Shown one piece after another: positions 10,013-20,886 of a stretch of DNA of 64,000 bases. Position numbers and translations under genes: made by a program. The notes under the pieces are model-generated. The model ran no database searches. It was not told the DNA's origin and saw nothing but the letters and a program-made list of their open reading frames with translations. Every line of letters starts with the position of its first letter. The first letter of the stretch is position 1. Where the stretch lies: positions 205,446 to 269,445 of the forward strand of contig MHWQ01000002.1 in the NCBI GenBank assembly GCA_001824255.1, written 5' to 3'. Source of the stretch: Candidatus Zambryskibacteria bacterium RIFCSPLOWO2_02_FULL_51_21. GTDB taxonomy: Bacteria > Patescibacteriota > Minisyncoccia > Phycocordibacterales > Zambryskibacteraceae.

Positions 10013-10553
10013 TTTTTTCTTCTGGTTCGCCGGATTTTATAAATTCCTCCATTTTTTTGAACGCCGTCTCATAATCCGGCAATTCCTCGCGGCGGGGAGT
10101 GCCCAGATGTTCAAGGAGCTTGAGGGTAGGTTTATAACTGTAACTGCGTTCCCCTTCTATATCTGTCCTCTCGATAAGCCCTCTAATCATTAATGCGCGC
10201 AAAATGTAGCCGCAATTTACCCCCCTGATATGGTCAATTTCGCGCCTTGAAACCGGTCCACGATAAAGAATAATGGCTAGAGTCTCGAGTCCGGCCCGGC
10301 CAAGCTCGCGGGAAAATTCTTCTTTTTGAATCTCTTCTATTAATCCCGAATTGTCTGGGTGAGTGCCGAAGCTATAATTCTCCCCGTCGGTAACGATAAC
10401 TATCCCTCTTTCTTTATAAAATTCCTGCAAATTTTTCAAAACATCTTTTATCTCAAGCTGTGAAGCTCCAAGAAGCTTATGAAGCTCCGAAGCTGTAATT
10501 GGTTCGTTCCGGAAGAAAAGCACTGATTCAATTTTCTTCTCCAGGTCAGGCAT
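10005..10553 (-). CDS. scpB: Segregation and condensation protein B
   Basis: LETLAIILYRGPVSRREIDHIRGV; downstream of scpA. Confidence 0.92.
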   Translation of the reverse strand: MPDLEKKIESVLFFRNEPITASELHKLLGASQLEIKDVLKNLQEFYKERGIVIVTDGENYSFGTHPDNSGLIEEIQKEEFSRELGRAGLETLAIILYRGPVSRREIDHIRGVNCGYILRALMIRGLIERTDIEGERSYSYKPTLKLLEHLGTPRREELPDYETAFKKMEEFIKSGEPEEKND

Positions 10554-11244
10554 GGCTTATTTCTATTTCACCCCCGGCTTCCTGTGTGGCGAGAATTGCT
10601 CCGCGCTTCACAAGCTCTAGCATGGCGAGGAAGCCCACGATGGTCGAGATTTTGTCCTGGTGCTTCAAGTCGCGGAAGTGGAGCTTGCCCGCCTTGGCAA
10701 TCCGCTCCGCCAGTTTGTCTATCATCTCCTCGAGACTTATGACCTTCTTGACCGTGACCTGCGGCAAAGATTCTTTCTTCGGCAATGCCGCAATGAGTTC
10801 GCCCAGAGCAAGACGCAAGTTTTCTAGATTAGTTTTGGAATCAGGGGCGAAAACGACCACGTCGTTTTTACTCGGAGTCTTCTCGAAGATGATATTCTTG
10901 CCGAAGATGAGTTTGAGATTCGCCGCAAGCTCCTTAGTTTTTGCGTAGAGAACCAGCCTGTCTTCCAGGTCATGTATGCTCGCCTCTTCCTCTTCCGTAA
11001 GTTCGAGCGTCGGCAGGAGCGAGCGCGATTTGATAAGCATCAGAGTCGAAGCGACAAGGATGAATTCCGCGCTCTCCGCCAGAGAGTAATCCTCTTTTCC
11101 AGAGATGTATTTGATGAAATCGTCCGTAACCTGCGCGAGCGAAACGTCGTTCACGAAGAGTTTCCGCTTGCTTACGAGCTCCAGAAGCAAGTCTAGAGGA
11201 CCCTCGAAAACACGCGTCTTGACGGTATATGAGCTTACAGCCAT
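10546..11244 (-). CDS. scpA: Segregation and condensation protein A
   Basis: FEGPLDLLL, IKSRSLLP, FLAMLELVK. Confidence 0.93.
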   Translation of the reverse strand: MAVSSYTVKTRVFEGPLDLLLELVSKRKLFVNDVSLAQVTDDFIKYISGKEDYSLAESAEFILVASTLMLIKSRSLLPTLELTEEEEASIHDLEDRLVLYAKTKELAANLKLIFGKNIIFEKTPSKNDVVVFAPDSKTNLENLRLALGELIAALPKKESLPQVTVKKVISLEEMIDKLAERIAKAGKLHFRDLKHQDKISTIVGFLAMLELVKRGAILATQEAGGEIEISHA

Positions 11245-11263
11245 TACGGCCTATTATAGCCCT

Positions 11264-12085
11264 TTATTTGGCTTCTTTGAAGAGGGTGGCGGTGGCGATG
11301 ACTTTGTAGGGATAGCCCGAGGAGTCGTCGTTGAGTTTCCTCGTCAGAGTCTTGACCGCCGAACTCGAGAGAAGCTCGTGGATGGTGAGATGGTGCTTAT
11401 CGGCGTAAGCGCGGATGGCGGCCGGGTCTTTGACGCCAGGAAGGGTGACTCCGTGCTTCGCCTTCGCGTAAAGCTGGACGGCCTTGGCGACATTACCCTC
11501 GCCCGCGTGATAAGCCCAGGTGGCAAGTCCCCAGTCGCCGAAGCGGTAGTAGTTAAGCGCGAGATAGCGCATGCCGGCGTCTATATTCTTCTCCGGTATC
11601 TTGCGTTCATCAACTTTCTTATTGACGGTAAGGCCGAGGCTTCTTGCCGTGCCAGGCATAAGCTGGAAGACACCGAGAGCCCCGGCAGAAGAGACTGCTG
11701 TGTCCGAACCGCCGTTCTCAAGAAGGCCCACGCCGATAGCCACATCTTCGGGTACGCCATATTTCCTGGCCTTCTCCCTGATGATTTTCTCGTGCTTCTG
11801 AATGACGGCAAGCGAAGCCGGATAAGCATTGCGCGAGCTTACGAAGCCGACTTGCTTATCTATGACCTTCTTGGTCTCTTGTGCGGATGCATCAGCTCCG
11901 AAGAATACTTCCGTTATCGGAAGCGTCTCGCGGCTCGAAATGACTTCCCCGACGACCACCTTGGATACAGGGAGAACAACGGGCATCTTTACTGGGAACT
12001 GAAAGAGGCCGAAGAGGAATGCTCCCGGCACTATTACCGCCGCGAACCTGTAGAACTTTTCCGCTAGAGATGTGATCTTATTCAT
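11264..12085 (-). CDS. Lytic transglycosylase (SLT domain)
   Basis: Catalytic E (LLENG), AVSSAGALGVFQLMPGTA, AYHAG. Confidence 0.88.
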   Translation of the reverse strand: MNKITSLAEKFYRFAAVIVPGAFLFGLFQFPVKMPVVLPVSKVVVGEVISSRETLPITEVFFGADASAQETKKVIDKQVGFVSSRNAYPASLAVIQKHEKIIREKARKYGVPEDVAIGVGLLENGGSDTAVSSAGALGVFQLMPGTARSLGLTVNKKVDERKIPEKNIDAGMRYLALNYYRFGDWGLATWAYHAGEGNVAKAVQLYAKAKHGVTLPGVKDPAAIRAYADKHHLTIHELLSSSAVKTLTRKLNDDSSGYPYKVIATATLFKEAK

Positions 12086-12240
12086 GGTTTTTTATTTTTG
12101 GCACAAAAGAAAAACGCCTGTGGGCGTGCACGTATCCGTATGATTTACAACAAAAATCTTATCAAAAATGCGGGCTTGAAATCAATCGAAAACCGATGTG
12201 AAGAAGCGCCCAAACAAGGCCAGATTAACCGCGGCAGGAA

Positions 12241-13632
12241 TTATTTTCTGTCAATTTTAATGCCGAGCTCTTTGAGCTGTTTCTCGGAAACTTCCGAAGG
12301 CGCGTTCATCATGAGGTCTCTGCCCTCGCCCGTCTTAGGGAACGCTATCACCTCGCGGATGTTGGGCTCGTTCTGGAGAATCATCACTATGCGGTCGATG
12401 CCGGGAGCGAAACCGCCGTGCGGGGGTGCACCGTAGGTGAAGGCCTCAAGCATGTGGCCGAACTTCCTCTGTTGTTCTTCTTCGCTGATGCCCAAAAGGT
12501 CAAAAACCTGTTTCTGCTCCGTCCGCTCGTGTATGCGGATTGAACCGGAAGAGAGTTCGTAACCGTTGAGTACCAGGTCGTAAGAGTTGGCCCGGATATT
12601 GAATAAGTCCTCGCCCTTCATAAACTTCTCCTTGTCTTCCGGCTTGATAGAGCAGAAGGGGTGATGGGCCGCCTGAATCTCGCCTTCATCATTTTTCTCA
12701 AACATCGGGAAGTCCAGTATCCAGGCAAAAGCCAGTTCATTTGGATTATTTTTATCCTCGCGGAGATCCGGCTTGTCGGTACCGTACTTTTCCATCGCTT
12801 CCTTGTACGTCAGTCTCGGAAACGGAGTCTCGGAAATTTTCTTTTCCGGATAGAGAGTGCCGACCAGTTCTATAAACATTTTCTCGGTATAGGCGAGCAC
12901 GTTTTCCTGCTTGACGAAAGACATTTCGAAATCGAGCTGGGTAAATTCCGGCTGGCGGTCCCCTCTCGTATCCTCATCCCTCATGCAGCGGGCAATCTGG
13001 AAATATCTTTCGAATCCGGCCACCATTGAGAGTTGTTTGAACTGCTGCGGCGATTGAGGCAGAGCGTAGAAATGCCCGGGGAAAAGGCGGGCGGGCACGA
13101 TGTACTCGCGTGACCCTTCCGGCGTGCCCTTCATAAGCATAGGGGTCTCGATTTCGACAAAATCGTTTTTGTGCATGTATTCCCTGAAAAACGTTATGAC
13201 CTTGTCTCGCATGCGGATATTCTTCTGCATGCGCTCGGTCCTGAGGTCGAGATAGCGGTATTTCATCCTCGCTTCCTCGCCGACCGGCATAGTGTCGATA
13301 TTTATTTCGAAAGGCGGCGTTTCGGATTTGTTGAGCACTTCGATGTTTAAGACCTCAAGCTCGATGTCTCCGTTCAGGATTCCGGCATTGATATTCTTCT
13401 CCGGACGGGCATTCACTTTCCCTTCAATTTTCAGAACCCATTCCGGCCGGATTTCCTTGGCCAGGGCGATGGCGGGAGAATTCGGAAGAACGACGCATTG
13501 CACCTTGCCGAAGCCGTCACGGAAGTCGAAGAAAACCATCTTCCCCTGGTCGCGGCGCACGTCCACCCAGCCGGAAATACTGGCTTCAGAGCCAGTCTTC
13601 GACTTCAAATCCTTAATGAAAGTTCTCTCCAT
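12241..13632 (-). CDS. aspS: Aspartate--tRNA ligase (short, lacking GAD insertion domain)
   Basis: OB-fold GWV..RRD, RYLDLR, LPQSPQQFKQ, RDED..RQPEFTQLD, PPHGGFAPGIDR. Confidence 0.93.
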   Translation of the reverse strand: MERTFIKDLKSKTGSEASISGWVDVRRDQGKMVFFDFRDGFGKVQCVVLPNSPAIALAKEIRPEWVLKIEGKVNARPEKNINAGILNGDIELEVLNIEVLNKSETPPFEINIDTMPVGEEARMKYRYLDLRTERMQKNIRMRDKVITFFREYMHKNDFVEIETPMLMKGTPEGSREYIVPARLFPGHFYALPQSPQQFKQLSMVAGFERYFQIARCMRDEDTRGDRQPEFTQLDFEMSFVKQENVLAYTEKMFIELVGTLYPEKKISETPFPRLTYKEAMEKYGTDKPDLREDKNNPNELAFAWILDFPMFEKNDEGEIQAAHHPFCSIKPEDKEKFMKGEDLFNIRANSYDLVLNGYELSSGSIRIHERTEQKQVFDLLGISEEEQQRKFGHMLEAFTYGAPPHGGFAPGIDRIVMILQNEPNIREVIAFPKTGEGRDLMMNAPSEVSEKQLKELGIKIDRK

Positions 13633-13633
13633 T

Positions 13634-14614
13634 TTAATAAAGCTTAAGGCCGACTAATTTTCTCACCTCTTCCATCTTCTTCTCAGCCCGCTCGCGCGCC
13701 GTCTTGCCGCCGGATTTCAGAACTTCGAGTACCGCTTGCTTGTCTTCCTCCAGGGCCTGCCTTCTCTCGCGCATGGGAGTGATAACTTTCTTGATGTTTT
13801 TTATGAGGATTTCCTTCGACTCCTTGTAGCCGATTTTGCCCGCTTCGTAGCGGTCGCGAAGCTCGGCAAATTCCGGCCCTTCGGTGAAGAGTTTGTGCAG
13901 AGCGAAGACATTGTCTTTCTCCGGGTCCTTGGGCTCATCCGGCAACTTGGAATCCGTGACAATGCTCATGACCGCCTTCTCAATCTCTTCGTCTGTGGCG
14001 AAAAGCGGAATGGTGTTGCCGTAGCTCTTGCTCATCTTCCGGCCGTCGGTGCCGGGAACTGTCGCTACCTGGTCGAGTATGAGAACATCCGGCAGTTTGA
14101 ATGTCTCGCCGAAAGCGTTGTTGAACTTCTGCGCCGTGTCGCGGGCAATTTCGACATGTTGTTTCTGGTCCTGGCCCACGGGCACCACATCCGTATCTTG
14201 AATTAAAATATCCGCCGCCATGAGTATCGGGTAGTCGAAGAGGCCGACGTTCGGCTCTTTCTTATTGGCGATGGCGTCTTTGTAAGCATGCGCTCTTTCG
14301 AGATACGGCACCGTCGTGAGACAGTTGAAAATCCATGCCAGCTCGGCCACTTGCGGCACGTCGGATTGTTTGTAAATGGTGACATTCTTCGGGTCGAGAC
14401 CTATGGCCATATAGTCGAGAAGCACTCCGGCCGTATTCTCCTCAAGCTCCTCCTTGTTCTGCACGGTCGTCAGGGCATGGAGGTCGGCGATGAAGATGTA
14501 GCTCTCGAACTCATTCTGAAGCTCCACGAACTGCTTCATGGCGCCGAAATAGTTGCCGACATGCGGCCTCCCCGTCGGCTTCACCCCTGAAAGCAGTATC
14601 TTTTTAGATGCCAT
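13634..14614 (-). CDS. trpS: Tryptophan--tRNA ligase
   Basis: PTGRPHVGN, YPILMAADIL, VPVGQDQ, KMSKS. Confidence 0.96.
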   Translation of the reverse strand: MASKKILLSGVKPTGRPHVGNYFGAMKQFVELQNEFESYIFIADLHALTTVQNKEELEENTAGVLLDYMAIGLDPKNVTIYKQSDVPQVAELAWIFNCLTTVPYLERAHAYKDAIANKKEPNVGLFDYPILMAADILIQDTDVVPVGQDQKQHVEIARDTAQKFNNAFGETFKLPDVLILDQVATVPGTDGRKMSKSYGNTIPLFATDEEIEKAVMSIVTDSKLPDEPKDPEKDNVFALHKLFTEGPEFAELRDRYEAGKIGYKESKEILIKNIKKVITPMRERRQALEEDKQAVLEVLKSGGKTARERAEKKMEEVRKLVGLKLY

Positions 14615-14639
14615 ATGAAGCTATAATACCAGAGAAAAT

Positions 14640-16403
14640 TTAGGCTGTCAGGAAACCGCCGGCCTGGTGAGCCCAGAGTTCAGCGTAGACGCCGCCAAGT
14701 TTAAGCAGCTCATCATGAGTGCCATCTTCAATAACTTTGCCATCGTCCATTACCACCAAGCGATCCATGGATCTGAGGGTTGAGAGACGATGAGCAATGG
14801 CGATAACGGTTTTGTTTTCCATCAATTTCTTGAGCGCTTCCTGAATCATTACCTCGCTCTCGCTATCGAGGGCACTGGTCGCTTCGTCGAGCAGCAATAT
14901 TTTTGCATCTTTTAAGAATGCTCTGGCGATGGCCACTCTTTGGCGCTCGCCTCCCGAGAGCTTGATGCCGCGCTCCCCAACCAGAGTGTCGTATTTCTTG
15001 GGCAATGTGTCGATAAACTGATGTGCCTGAGCATGCGTTGCCGCCAGGATTATTTCCTCATCGGTGGATGGTATTTTGCCATACCCGATATTCTCCTTAA
15101 GCGAACGGTGGAAAAGAAGCGGATCTTGAGGCACCACAGCTATAGAACCGCGCAAGCTCTCCTGCTTAACCATGGCAATATCCTGCCCGTCAATTAGAAT
15201 CTTACCGCCCGAAAGATCGTACTGACGCATCAAAAGCTTCATCAAGGTGGACTTGCCGGCGCCGCTTCGACCAATCAAGCCAACGCGCTGGCCGGGCTCA
15301 ATGCACAGATTGAGTCTGTCGAAAATCTTTCGCGATTCATATTCGAAAGAAACGTCTTCCAATCTTATTTCTCCACGAGAAACCTCGAGATCTTTGGATA
15401 AGGGATGGTCGATAATATCGTGTTCGTGGAGAATATCGATCAAGCCCTCTCTGGCCTGGCTGATAGTCTCGGCGAAATTGTCGAAATTGCGGCCAATCCT
15501 GGCCAAATCTCCCCTAATGGACACAACGAGTGTTAGCACCAAGATCACGTCTCCAGCCGTAACAATACCTATGCTCCAAAGATAAGCGGCAAACAAAATC
15601 ATTCCTCCCGAGAAAATACTCTCGAGCACGTTGTTGAGAGTCATGGACCATTCGGAATAAGTCCAGTTTCTTAACCCCGCCCTGCGGCGGATGTCGATGA
15701 GATTCCTAATGCGGGCAAGTTCGAATCCCCGGCGCGCATAGTCGTGCATGGCGTTTATGTTGGTCAGCACATCGATAGTCTGAGCGCGCAATTCCGTTTC
15801 TCTTTCGTTGGCCGCAATGCTAAGAGGCATCTTTTTTCTCACCAGAGCTATGTTTATGGGAGCGATAACCAAAACCCAAAATACGAAGATCCAACCAACA
15901 TACAGATTGGTACGGAAAACAAGAATAAGACTGACCACCAGCGAGAGTAGAAAGCCCATCCATTCCCACAAGATTTCTTGGATAATATTTTTTACTCCGT
16001 CGCTTGCGTTGGTAATTTTGCTTCCCAGCGCTCCAGCGAATCTGCTGGAGAAGTAACCGTAACCATGACTGGTGACATATTCGGTTAATGTCTCTCTCAC
16101 CGTCGCCCGTACTCCTGTGACCCAGCGCGAACCGGCGAAACCGCTTGAGCGCCAACCCAAGGCCTCGGCGAAGGTAAAAACGATATAAATTAATGCCCAA
16201 AACAACACGCTTTCCGGGCCGAACCCGGCCGCACCATTAACGCTGTCAACCACGCGTTTGAAAACGTAGGGTACAAGAGAACCCAAGGTAGAGGCAAAAA
16301 TGACCGAAAAGACAGCCAAAAAGGCCGCCACTCGATAAGGCTTGGAGCTATAAAGCAAGAAACTGAATGGCCCTTTCGGGAGTTGTGGTACTTTTGCAGT
16401 CAT
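14640..16403 (-). CDS. ABC exporter, fused TMD-NBD
   Basis: TM domain plus GRSGAGKST, LSGGERQR, LLLDEATSALD, IAHRLST. Confidence 0.92.
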   Translation of the reverse strand: MTAKVPQLPKGPFSFLLYSSKPYRVAAFLAVFSVIFASTLGSLVPYVFKRVVDSVNGAAGFGPESVLFWALIYIVFTFAEALGWRSSGFAGSRWVTGVRATVRETLTEYVTSHGYGYFSSRFAGALGSKITNASDGVKNIIQEILWEWMGFLLSLVVSLILVFRTNLYVGWIFVFWVLVIAPINIALVRKKMPLSIAANERETELRAQTIDVLTNINAMHDYARRGFELARIRNLIDIRRRAGLRNWTYSEWSMTLNNVLESIFSGGMILFAAYLWSIGIVTAGDVILVLTLVVSIRGDLARIGRNFDNFAETISQAREGLIDILHEHDIIDHPLSKDLEVSRGEIRLEDVSFEYESRKIFDRLNLCIEPGQRVGLIGRSGAGKSTLMKLLMRQYDLSGGKILIDGQDIAMVKQESLRGSIAVVPQDPLLFHRSLKENIGYGKIPSTDEEIILAATHAQAHQFIDTLPKKYDTLVGERGIKLSGGERQRVAIARAFLKDAKILLLDEATSALDSESEVMIQEALKKLMENKTVIAIAHRLSTLRSMDRLVVMDDGKVIEDGTHDELLKLGGVYAELWAHQAGGFLTA

Positions 16404-16467
16404 AAATTTAGACGCAAGAAATTACTATACCACAAATTCTATATTTTTGGAGGATACTGCTGATTAT

Positions 16468-17325
16468 TTATAACCCCTGCTTTTTTAATTCCTCAACGAG
16501 TTTCTTTTGCTCCTTGGAGAGTTTCTCTGGAATATCAATAAGGATGCGGACATAGAGGTCGCCGCGCTTTGAACCGCCCATGGGCACGCCCTTGCCCTTC
16601 ACGCGGAGAATCGTGCCGTGCTTGGTGCCGGCGGGCACTTTCAAAATTATTTCGCCGTCGAGCGTGCCGATTTTCTTCTCCGCGCCGAGCAGCGCGTCGG
16701 AGAGAACCACGTGAAGGTCCATGATGAGGTTGTAACCCTCTTTCCTCAAATACGGATGCCTTCTCACATGAACCTTCACATACAGGTCGCCGGGCAAGCC
16801 GCCCTCGAGCGTCTCACCCATGCCCGAGAGGCGTATCATCTGGCCGTCGTCGATGCCGGGCGGCACGGAGATGGAAACTTCTTTCTGCTTGATAAATTTG
16901 GAATTGACGACAACCTTCCTCTCCGCGCCGAAGATGGCTTCCTGGAAAGAAAGTTCGATATCGACAGCAATGTCTCTGCCTCGGCGCACCCGTCTGCCGC
17001 CGAAAATGGAGGAGAGAATGTCGCCGAGGTCTCCCGCGTCGAATCCTCCTTGGCCGAAACCGGAAAAGTCGAAACCGAAGTCAGAAGGATTGAAACCTCC
17101 TTGATAATTGAACCCGCCGGTTCCTGCGTTGCCGAATTGGTCGTATTGAGAGCGTTTCTTCCTGTCCGAAAGCACGCTATACGCTTCGTTCGCTTCTTTG
17201 AACTTTGCTTCGTCGCCGCCGGATTTGTCGGGGTGGTACTGATGCGCGAGCTTTCTGAAAGCCTTCTTTATTTCCTCCTCGCTCGCGTCCTTCTTGACTC
17301 CTAGAATTTTGTAATAATCCTTCAT
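16468..17325 (-). CDS. dnaJ: DnaJ-family co-chaperone lacking the Zn-finger (class B/CbpA-like)
   Basis: J-domain HPD, G/F region, C-terminal GDLYV repeats; follows dnaK. Confidence 0.88.
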   Translation of the reverse strand: MKDYYKILGVKKDASEEEIKKAFRKLAHQYHPDKSGGDEAKFKEANEAYSVLSDRKKRSQYDQFGNAGTGGFNYQGGFNPSDFGFDFSGFGQGGFDAGDLGDILSSIFGGRRVRRGRDIAVDIELSFQEAIFGAERKVVVNSKFIKQKEVSISVPPGIDDGQMIRLSGMGETLEGGLPGDLYVKVHVRRHPYLRKEGYNLIMDLHVVLSDALLGAEKKIGTLDGEIILKVPAGTKHGTILRVKGKGVPMGGSKRGDLYVRILIDIPEKLSKEQKKLVEELKKQGL

Positions 17326-19193
17326 TACTTGGTTTCAGCGTCCTTGATATCCGGCCCTTCTTCTTTGGGCGGCTGTTGGTTGTCAGTGGTAGTCTGTTGT
17401 TTGTTCATGTGTTCCCCAATCTTCTGCATTTCCGCAGAGAGAGCTTCTGTCGCCGATTTGATTGATTCGAGCGTGCCGGAATCTTTTTCTTTCTTGAGAG
17501 CATCAATTTTGGCATTCACGCCGGTCTTTATGTCCTCGGGTACGGATGGTGCATCTTTCAGCGCCTTTTCGGCGGTATAAATGAGCTGCTCGGCGGTATT
17601 CCTTTGGTCCACGAGCTCTTTCTTCTTCGCGTCTTCGGCGGCGTTCGCCTCGGCATCTTTCTGCATCTTCTCGATGTCTTCCTTAGAGAGACCGCTGGCC
17701 GCTTCTATCCTGATGGACTGCTCTTTGTTGGTCGCCTTGTCCTTGGCTTTGACATTCAGGATGCCATTGGCGTCAATGTCGAAGGTAACTTCGACCTGCG
17801 GCATACCTCGAGGTGAAGGCGGTATGCCGTCGAGGATGAAGCGCCCAAGCGACTTGTTGTCGGCAGCCATGGCGCGTTCGCCTTGGACAACGTGAATCTC
17901 AACGGAAGTCTGGTTATCGGCCGCGGTGGAGAAAATCTGCGAGCGCGCCGAAGGGATGGTGGTGTTCTTCTCGATGAGCTTGGTCGCCACGCCGCCCATG
18001 GTCTCGATGCCGAGTGATAGCGGGATGACGTCGAGAAGCAAAACATCTTTGACATCGCCCGCGAGAATGCCTCCCTGGATGGCGGCGCCCATAGCCACCA
18101 CTTCGTCCGGGTTGATGGATTTGTTGGGCTCTTTGCCGAAGAAGCTCTTTACCGCCTCGGCAATCATGGGCATCCTGGTCTGTCCGCCCACCAAGAGCAC
18201 TTCATTGATATCTCCCGTTTTGAAAGGAGATGCTTCGACCGCCCGCTTGGTAATCTCCATGGCCCGGTCCACGAACTCGCGGGCAAGCTCCTCGAGCTTG
18301 GCGCGCGAAATCTTCATCAGGAGATGCCTCGGGCCGGAAGCGTCGGAAGTGATGAATGGAATATTCACTTCCGTATCGGTGGCGGTACTGAGCTCAATCT
18401 TCGCCTTCTCGGCCGCTTCATCGAGACGCTGGAGAGCCAGAGCGTCGCTTCGCACATCGATGCCGGACTCCTTCTTAAATTCCTCGGCGATGTAATTCAA
18501 AATTTTCTGGTCGATGTCCTTGCCACCGAGGTGGCTATCGCCGTCGGTCGATTTCACCTCCACTACATCGTCGCCCACTTCGAGAATGGAGATGTCGAAA
18601 GTGCCTCCGCCAAAGTCGAAGACCGCAATTTTTTCATTTTTCTTTTTATTGAGACCGTAAGCGAGCGCGGCGGCCGTCGGCTCGTTGATGATGCGCTTGA
18701 CCTCAAGACCGGCAATCTGCCCGGCATCCTTGGTGGCCTGTCTCTGAGAATCGTTGAAGTAGGCAGGCACGGTGATGATGGCTTCCGTTACTTTCTCGCC
18801 GAGGCGCGCTTCGGCATCGGCCTTCAGCTTCTGGAGAATCATGGCGGAAATTTCTTCCGGCCTGTAATCCTTGTCGGACATCTTCACCAATACGCCGCCG
18901 TTCGGAGCCTCTTTGAGCTCATACGGCACGGTAAGTTTGTCCTTCTGCACGGCCGGGTCGGAGAAAGTGTGCCCGATGAAGCGCTTGATGCCGAAGACGG
19001 TGTTCCTGGGATTCGTCACCGCCTGGCGTTTGGCCAGAAGCCCCACCAGGCGCTCGCCCGTCTTCGAAATAGCGACAATCGAGGGCGTGGTGCGCGCGCC
19101 TTCGGAGTTCTCGAGAATCTTCGGAGCGCCGGCTTCCATCACCGACACCGCGGAAAACGTCGTACCCAGGTCAATTCCGATTATTTTTGCCAT
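17325..19193 (-). CDS. dnaK: Chaperone DnaK
   Basis: [25 protein letters not shown]. Confidence 0.98.
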   Translation of the reverse strand: MAKIIGIDLGTTFSAVSVMEAGAPKILENSEGARTTPSIVAISKTGERLVGLLAKRQAVTNPRNTVFGIKRFIGHTFSDPAVQKDKLTVPYELKEAPNGGVLVKMSDKDYRPEEISAMILQKLKADAEARLGEKVTEAIITVPAYFNDSQRQATKDAGQIAGLEVKRIINEPTAAALAYGLNKKKNEKIAVFDFGGGTFDISILEVGDDVVEVKSTDGDSHLGGKDIDQKILNYIAEEFKKESGIDVRSDALALQRLDEAAEKAKIELSTATDTEVNIPFITSDASGPRHLLMKISRAKLEELAREFVDRAMEITKRAVEASPFKTGDINEVLLVGGQTRMPMIAEAVKSFFGKEPNKSINPDEVVAMGAAIQGGILAGDVKDVLLLDVIPLSLGIETMGGVATKLIEKNTTIPSARSQIFSTAADNQTSVEIHVVQGERAMAADNKSLGRFILDGIPPSPRGMPQVEVTFDIDANGILNVKAKDKATNKEQSIRIEAASGLSKEDIEKMQKDAEANAAEDAKKKELVDQRNTAEQLIYTAEKALKDAPSVPEDIKTGVNAKIDALKKEKDSGTLESIKSATEALSAEMQKIGEHMNKQQTTTDNQQPPKEEGPDIKDAETK

Positions 19194-19202
19194 AGTGGTT
19201 AT

Positions 19203-19733
19203 TTAATTCTTAAATTCGCCAATCTTTACCTTGGCGGGTCTGATAATTTTCCCCGATAGTATATAACCTTTAAGTACAACTTCAAGAATCTTGTGGTCGT
19301 CCTCTTTGTTACCGGTAGGAATTGTTCCCGCCGACTCGTGGAGACGCGGGTCGAACTTCTCCCCCACGGGATTCGATTCCTCAAGGCCGTTGGTCTTGAG
19401 GGTAGACAGAAGCTGACGGTATATGGCCTCCAATTCTTTATTCCCGTGAGGCAAGGACAATTCGAAGCTGTCGAGAACGGGGATAAGCTGGTAAACGAGG
19501 TCCGCGTTGGCGAACTTCAGGAATTCGACCTTGGCATCCTCGTCCCGCTTCCTCATATTGACGAAGTCGGCCTGCGCTCTCTGCCAGCTATCAAGATACT
19601 CCTTGGCCTTTGCCTCGCACTCTTTGAGCTTCTCTTTAAGCTTCTTTACCATATCTCCGGCATGCTCTTCGGCGAGGACGGAGTCGTCTACACCTTCTTT
19701 GTCCAACTCAATATCCTGTTCTTGTTCGTCCAT
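19203..19733 (-). CDS. grpE: Nucleotide exchange factor GrpE
   Basis: RAQADFVNMRKR, FDPRLHE, GY...IRPAKVKI. Confidence 0.95.
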   Translation of the reverse strand: MDEQEQDIELDKEGVDDSVLAEEHAGDMVKKLKEKLKECEAKAKEYLDSWQRAQADFVNMRKRDEDAKVEFLKFANADLVYQLIPVLDSFELSLPHGNKELEAIYRQLLSTLKTNGLEESNPVGEKFDPRLHESAGTIPTGNKEDDHKILEVVLKGYILSGKIIRPAKVKIGEFKN

Positions 19734-19780
19734 GGTAAAAGCTAATTTACCTTAATAAACAGCCGAAATCAAGGCCGTAT

Positions 19781-19809
19781 TTGACAAAATTATTAAACAG
19801 GTTTATAAT
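19781..19809 (+). promoter_or_regulatory. Consensus sigma70 promoter of orphan ORF
   Basis: TTGACA-17 nt-TATAAT. Confidence 0.8.
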
Positions 19810-19833
19810 TGCAAAAGACTGATAGAGGTGCTT

Positions 19834-20109
19834 ATGCTCGAAAATGGAAAGAAGACTCAACTGAAAAGTGGTGACCTCCTGGTCCTGGAGAAGTCCAGCG
19901 GACGCATCCAGGTCTTGCGTCAAACAGCGTTCCCGGATGAGCGGCTTTTCTGGGATGACGGTGTCAATCCAGACAACAAGAGCCCTTTCGTAGTGGAGGA
20001 AGAGGACTTCTACTCCATAGCTCGAATGCTCGCCAATGTGGTGGGTCTCGGGCTGAGAGAGTACGAACCGGACAACCGACATGCATACGTCGGCTTCAAG
20101 CTCGTCTAG
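19834..20109 (+). CDS. Small orphan hypothetical protein (91 aa)
   Basis: Consensus promoter, GAGGTG SD-like site, ATG, downstream terminator. Confidence 0.75.
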   Translation: MLENGKKTQLKSGDLLVLEKSSGRIQVLRQTAFPDERLFWDDGVNPDNKSPFVVEEEDFYSIARMLANVVGLGLREYEPDNRHAYVGFKLV

Positions 20110-20119
20110 ATACGTGCAC

Positions 20120-20145
20120 AAAGGGCGGCTTGCGAGCCGCCCTTT
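20120..20145. terminator. Intrinsic terminator between the convergent orphan ORF and rpsI
   Basis: AAAGGGCGGCT-TGCG-AGCCGCCCTTT perfect stem. Confidence 0.8.
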
Positions 20146-20156
20146 CGATTTTTATA

Positions 20157-20549
20157 TTAACGCTTGGACCACTTTGGAGCTTTTCTGGCTTTCTTGAGGC
20201 CGAATTTGCGGCGTTCTTTGGCGCGGGGGTCGCGCTTCAAGAATCCTTTCACTTTGAGCTTGCCGCGGAGATTGATGTCGTATTCGAGAAGAGCGCGGGC
20301 AATACCGTGGCGAAGGGCTACCGCCTGGCCAGCTATTCCGCCGCCGATAAGCTTGGCCGAGACGTGGAATTTCTCCGGCACATCGTTGAAAACGGAGAGG
20401 ATGGTGCGGCGGAGTTCCTGAGTCGGGAAATATACTTCAAATTCTTTGCCGTTGGCAGTGATAGCAACCTTCGTGGCAGGAGTAATACGCACGCGGGCGA
20501 TAGCGGTCTTTCTCCTCCCTACTGCTTCTAGATATTTTTCTTTACTCAT
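20157..20549 (-). CDS. rpsI: 30S ribosomal protein S9
   Basis: GRRKTAIARV, RDPRAKERRKFG, WSKR. Confidence 0.97.
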   Translation of the reverse strand: MSKEKYLEAVGRRKTAIARVRITPATKVAITANGKEFEVYFPTQELRRTILSVFNDVPEKFHVSAKLIGGGIAGQAVALRHGIARALLEYDINLRGKLKVKGFLKRDPRAKERRKFGLKKARKAPKWSKR

Positions 20550-20886
20550 TGATTTTCAAATTTTTCATCATCCTCGGGCGCAATTTGTTCTTGGGGAGCA
20601 TACCATAAACGGCCCGGCGGAGCACCTCCCTCGCGCCCTTCTTCTCGACCACGTGCGACATAGATTCGAGCGTAAGGCCGCCCGGGTAGAGTGAGTGGCG
20701 GGAGTAGCGCTTGTCTCTCATTTTCTTCGCGTCAAGCGACATGGCGCCAGCATTCGACACTTCCACTTCGATATCGGGAATTTTGTTCCTGGCGAAGTCG
20801 GTTCTGTTTTTCCCCATCAGAAGCACCGCCACTTCGGTGGCTATTCTGCCGGGCACTTTTCCTTTTGCATCTATAGAATATTTCAT
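20542..20886 (-). CDS. rplM: 50S ribosomal protein L13 (short)
   Basis: IDAKG..GRIA, HSLYPGG, AVYGMLPKN. Confidence 0.94.
   Translation of the reverse strand: MKYSIDAKGKVPGRIATEVAVLLMGKNRTDFARNKIPDIEVEVSNAGAMSLDAKKMRDKRYSRHSLYPGGLTLESMSHVVEKKGAREVLRRAVYGMLPKNKLRPRMMKNLKINE

Noticed and set aside
10454-10496. Recurrent AAGCT units in scpB
   Set aside because: The spacing is irregular (8-10 nt) and lies in a conserved helical region; it cannot be distinguished from chance.
11105-12067. Long plus-strand ORFs antisense to core genes (also 18324-19259, 20986-22149, 35081-36004, 40118-40921)
   Set aside because: Shadow ORFs arising from the codon bias of well-supported minus-strand genes; no motifs or expression signals.
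19734-19830. CIRCE element or hrcA upstream of grpE-dnaK-dnaJ
   Set aside because: No TTAGCACTC-N9-GAGTGCTAA and no hrcA at this position.
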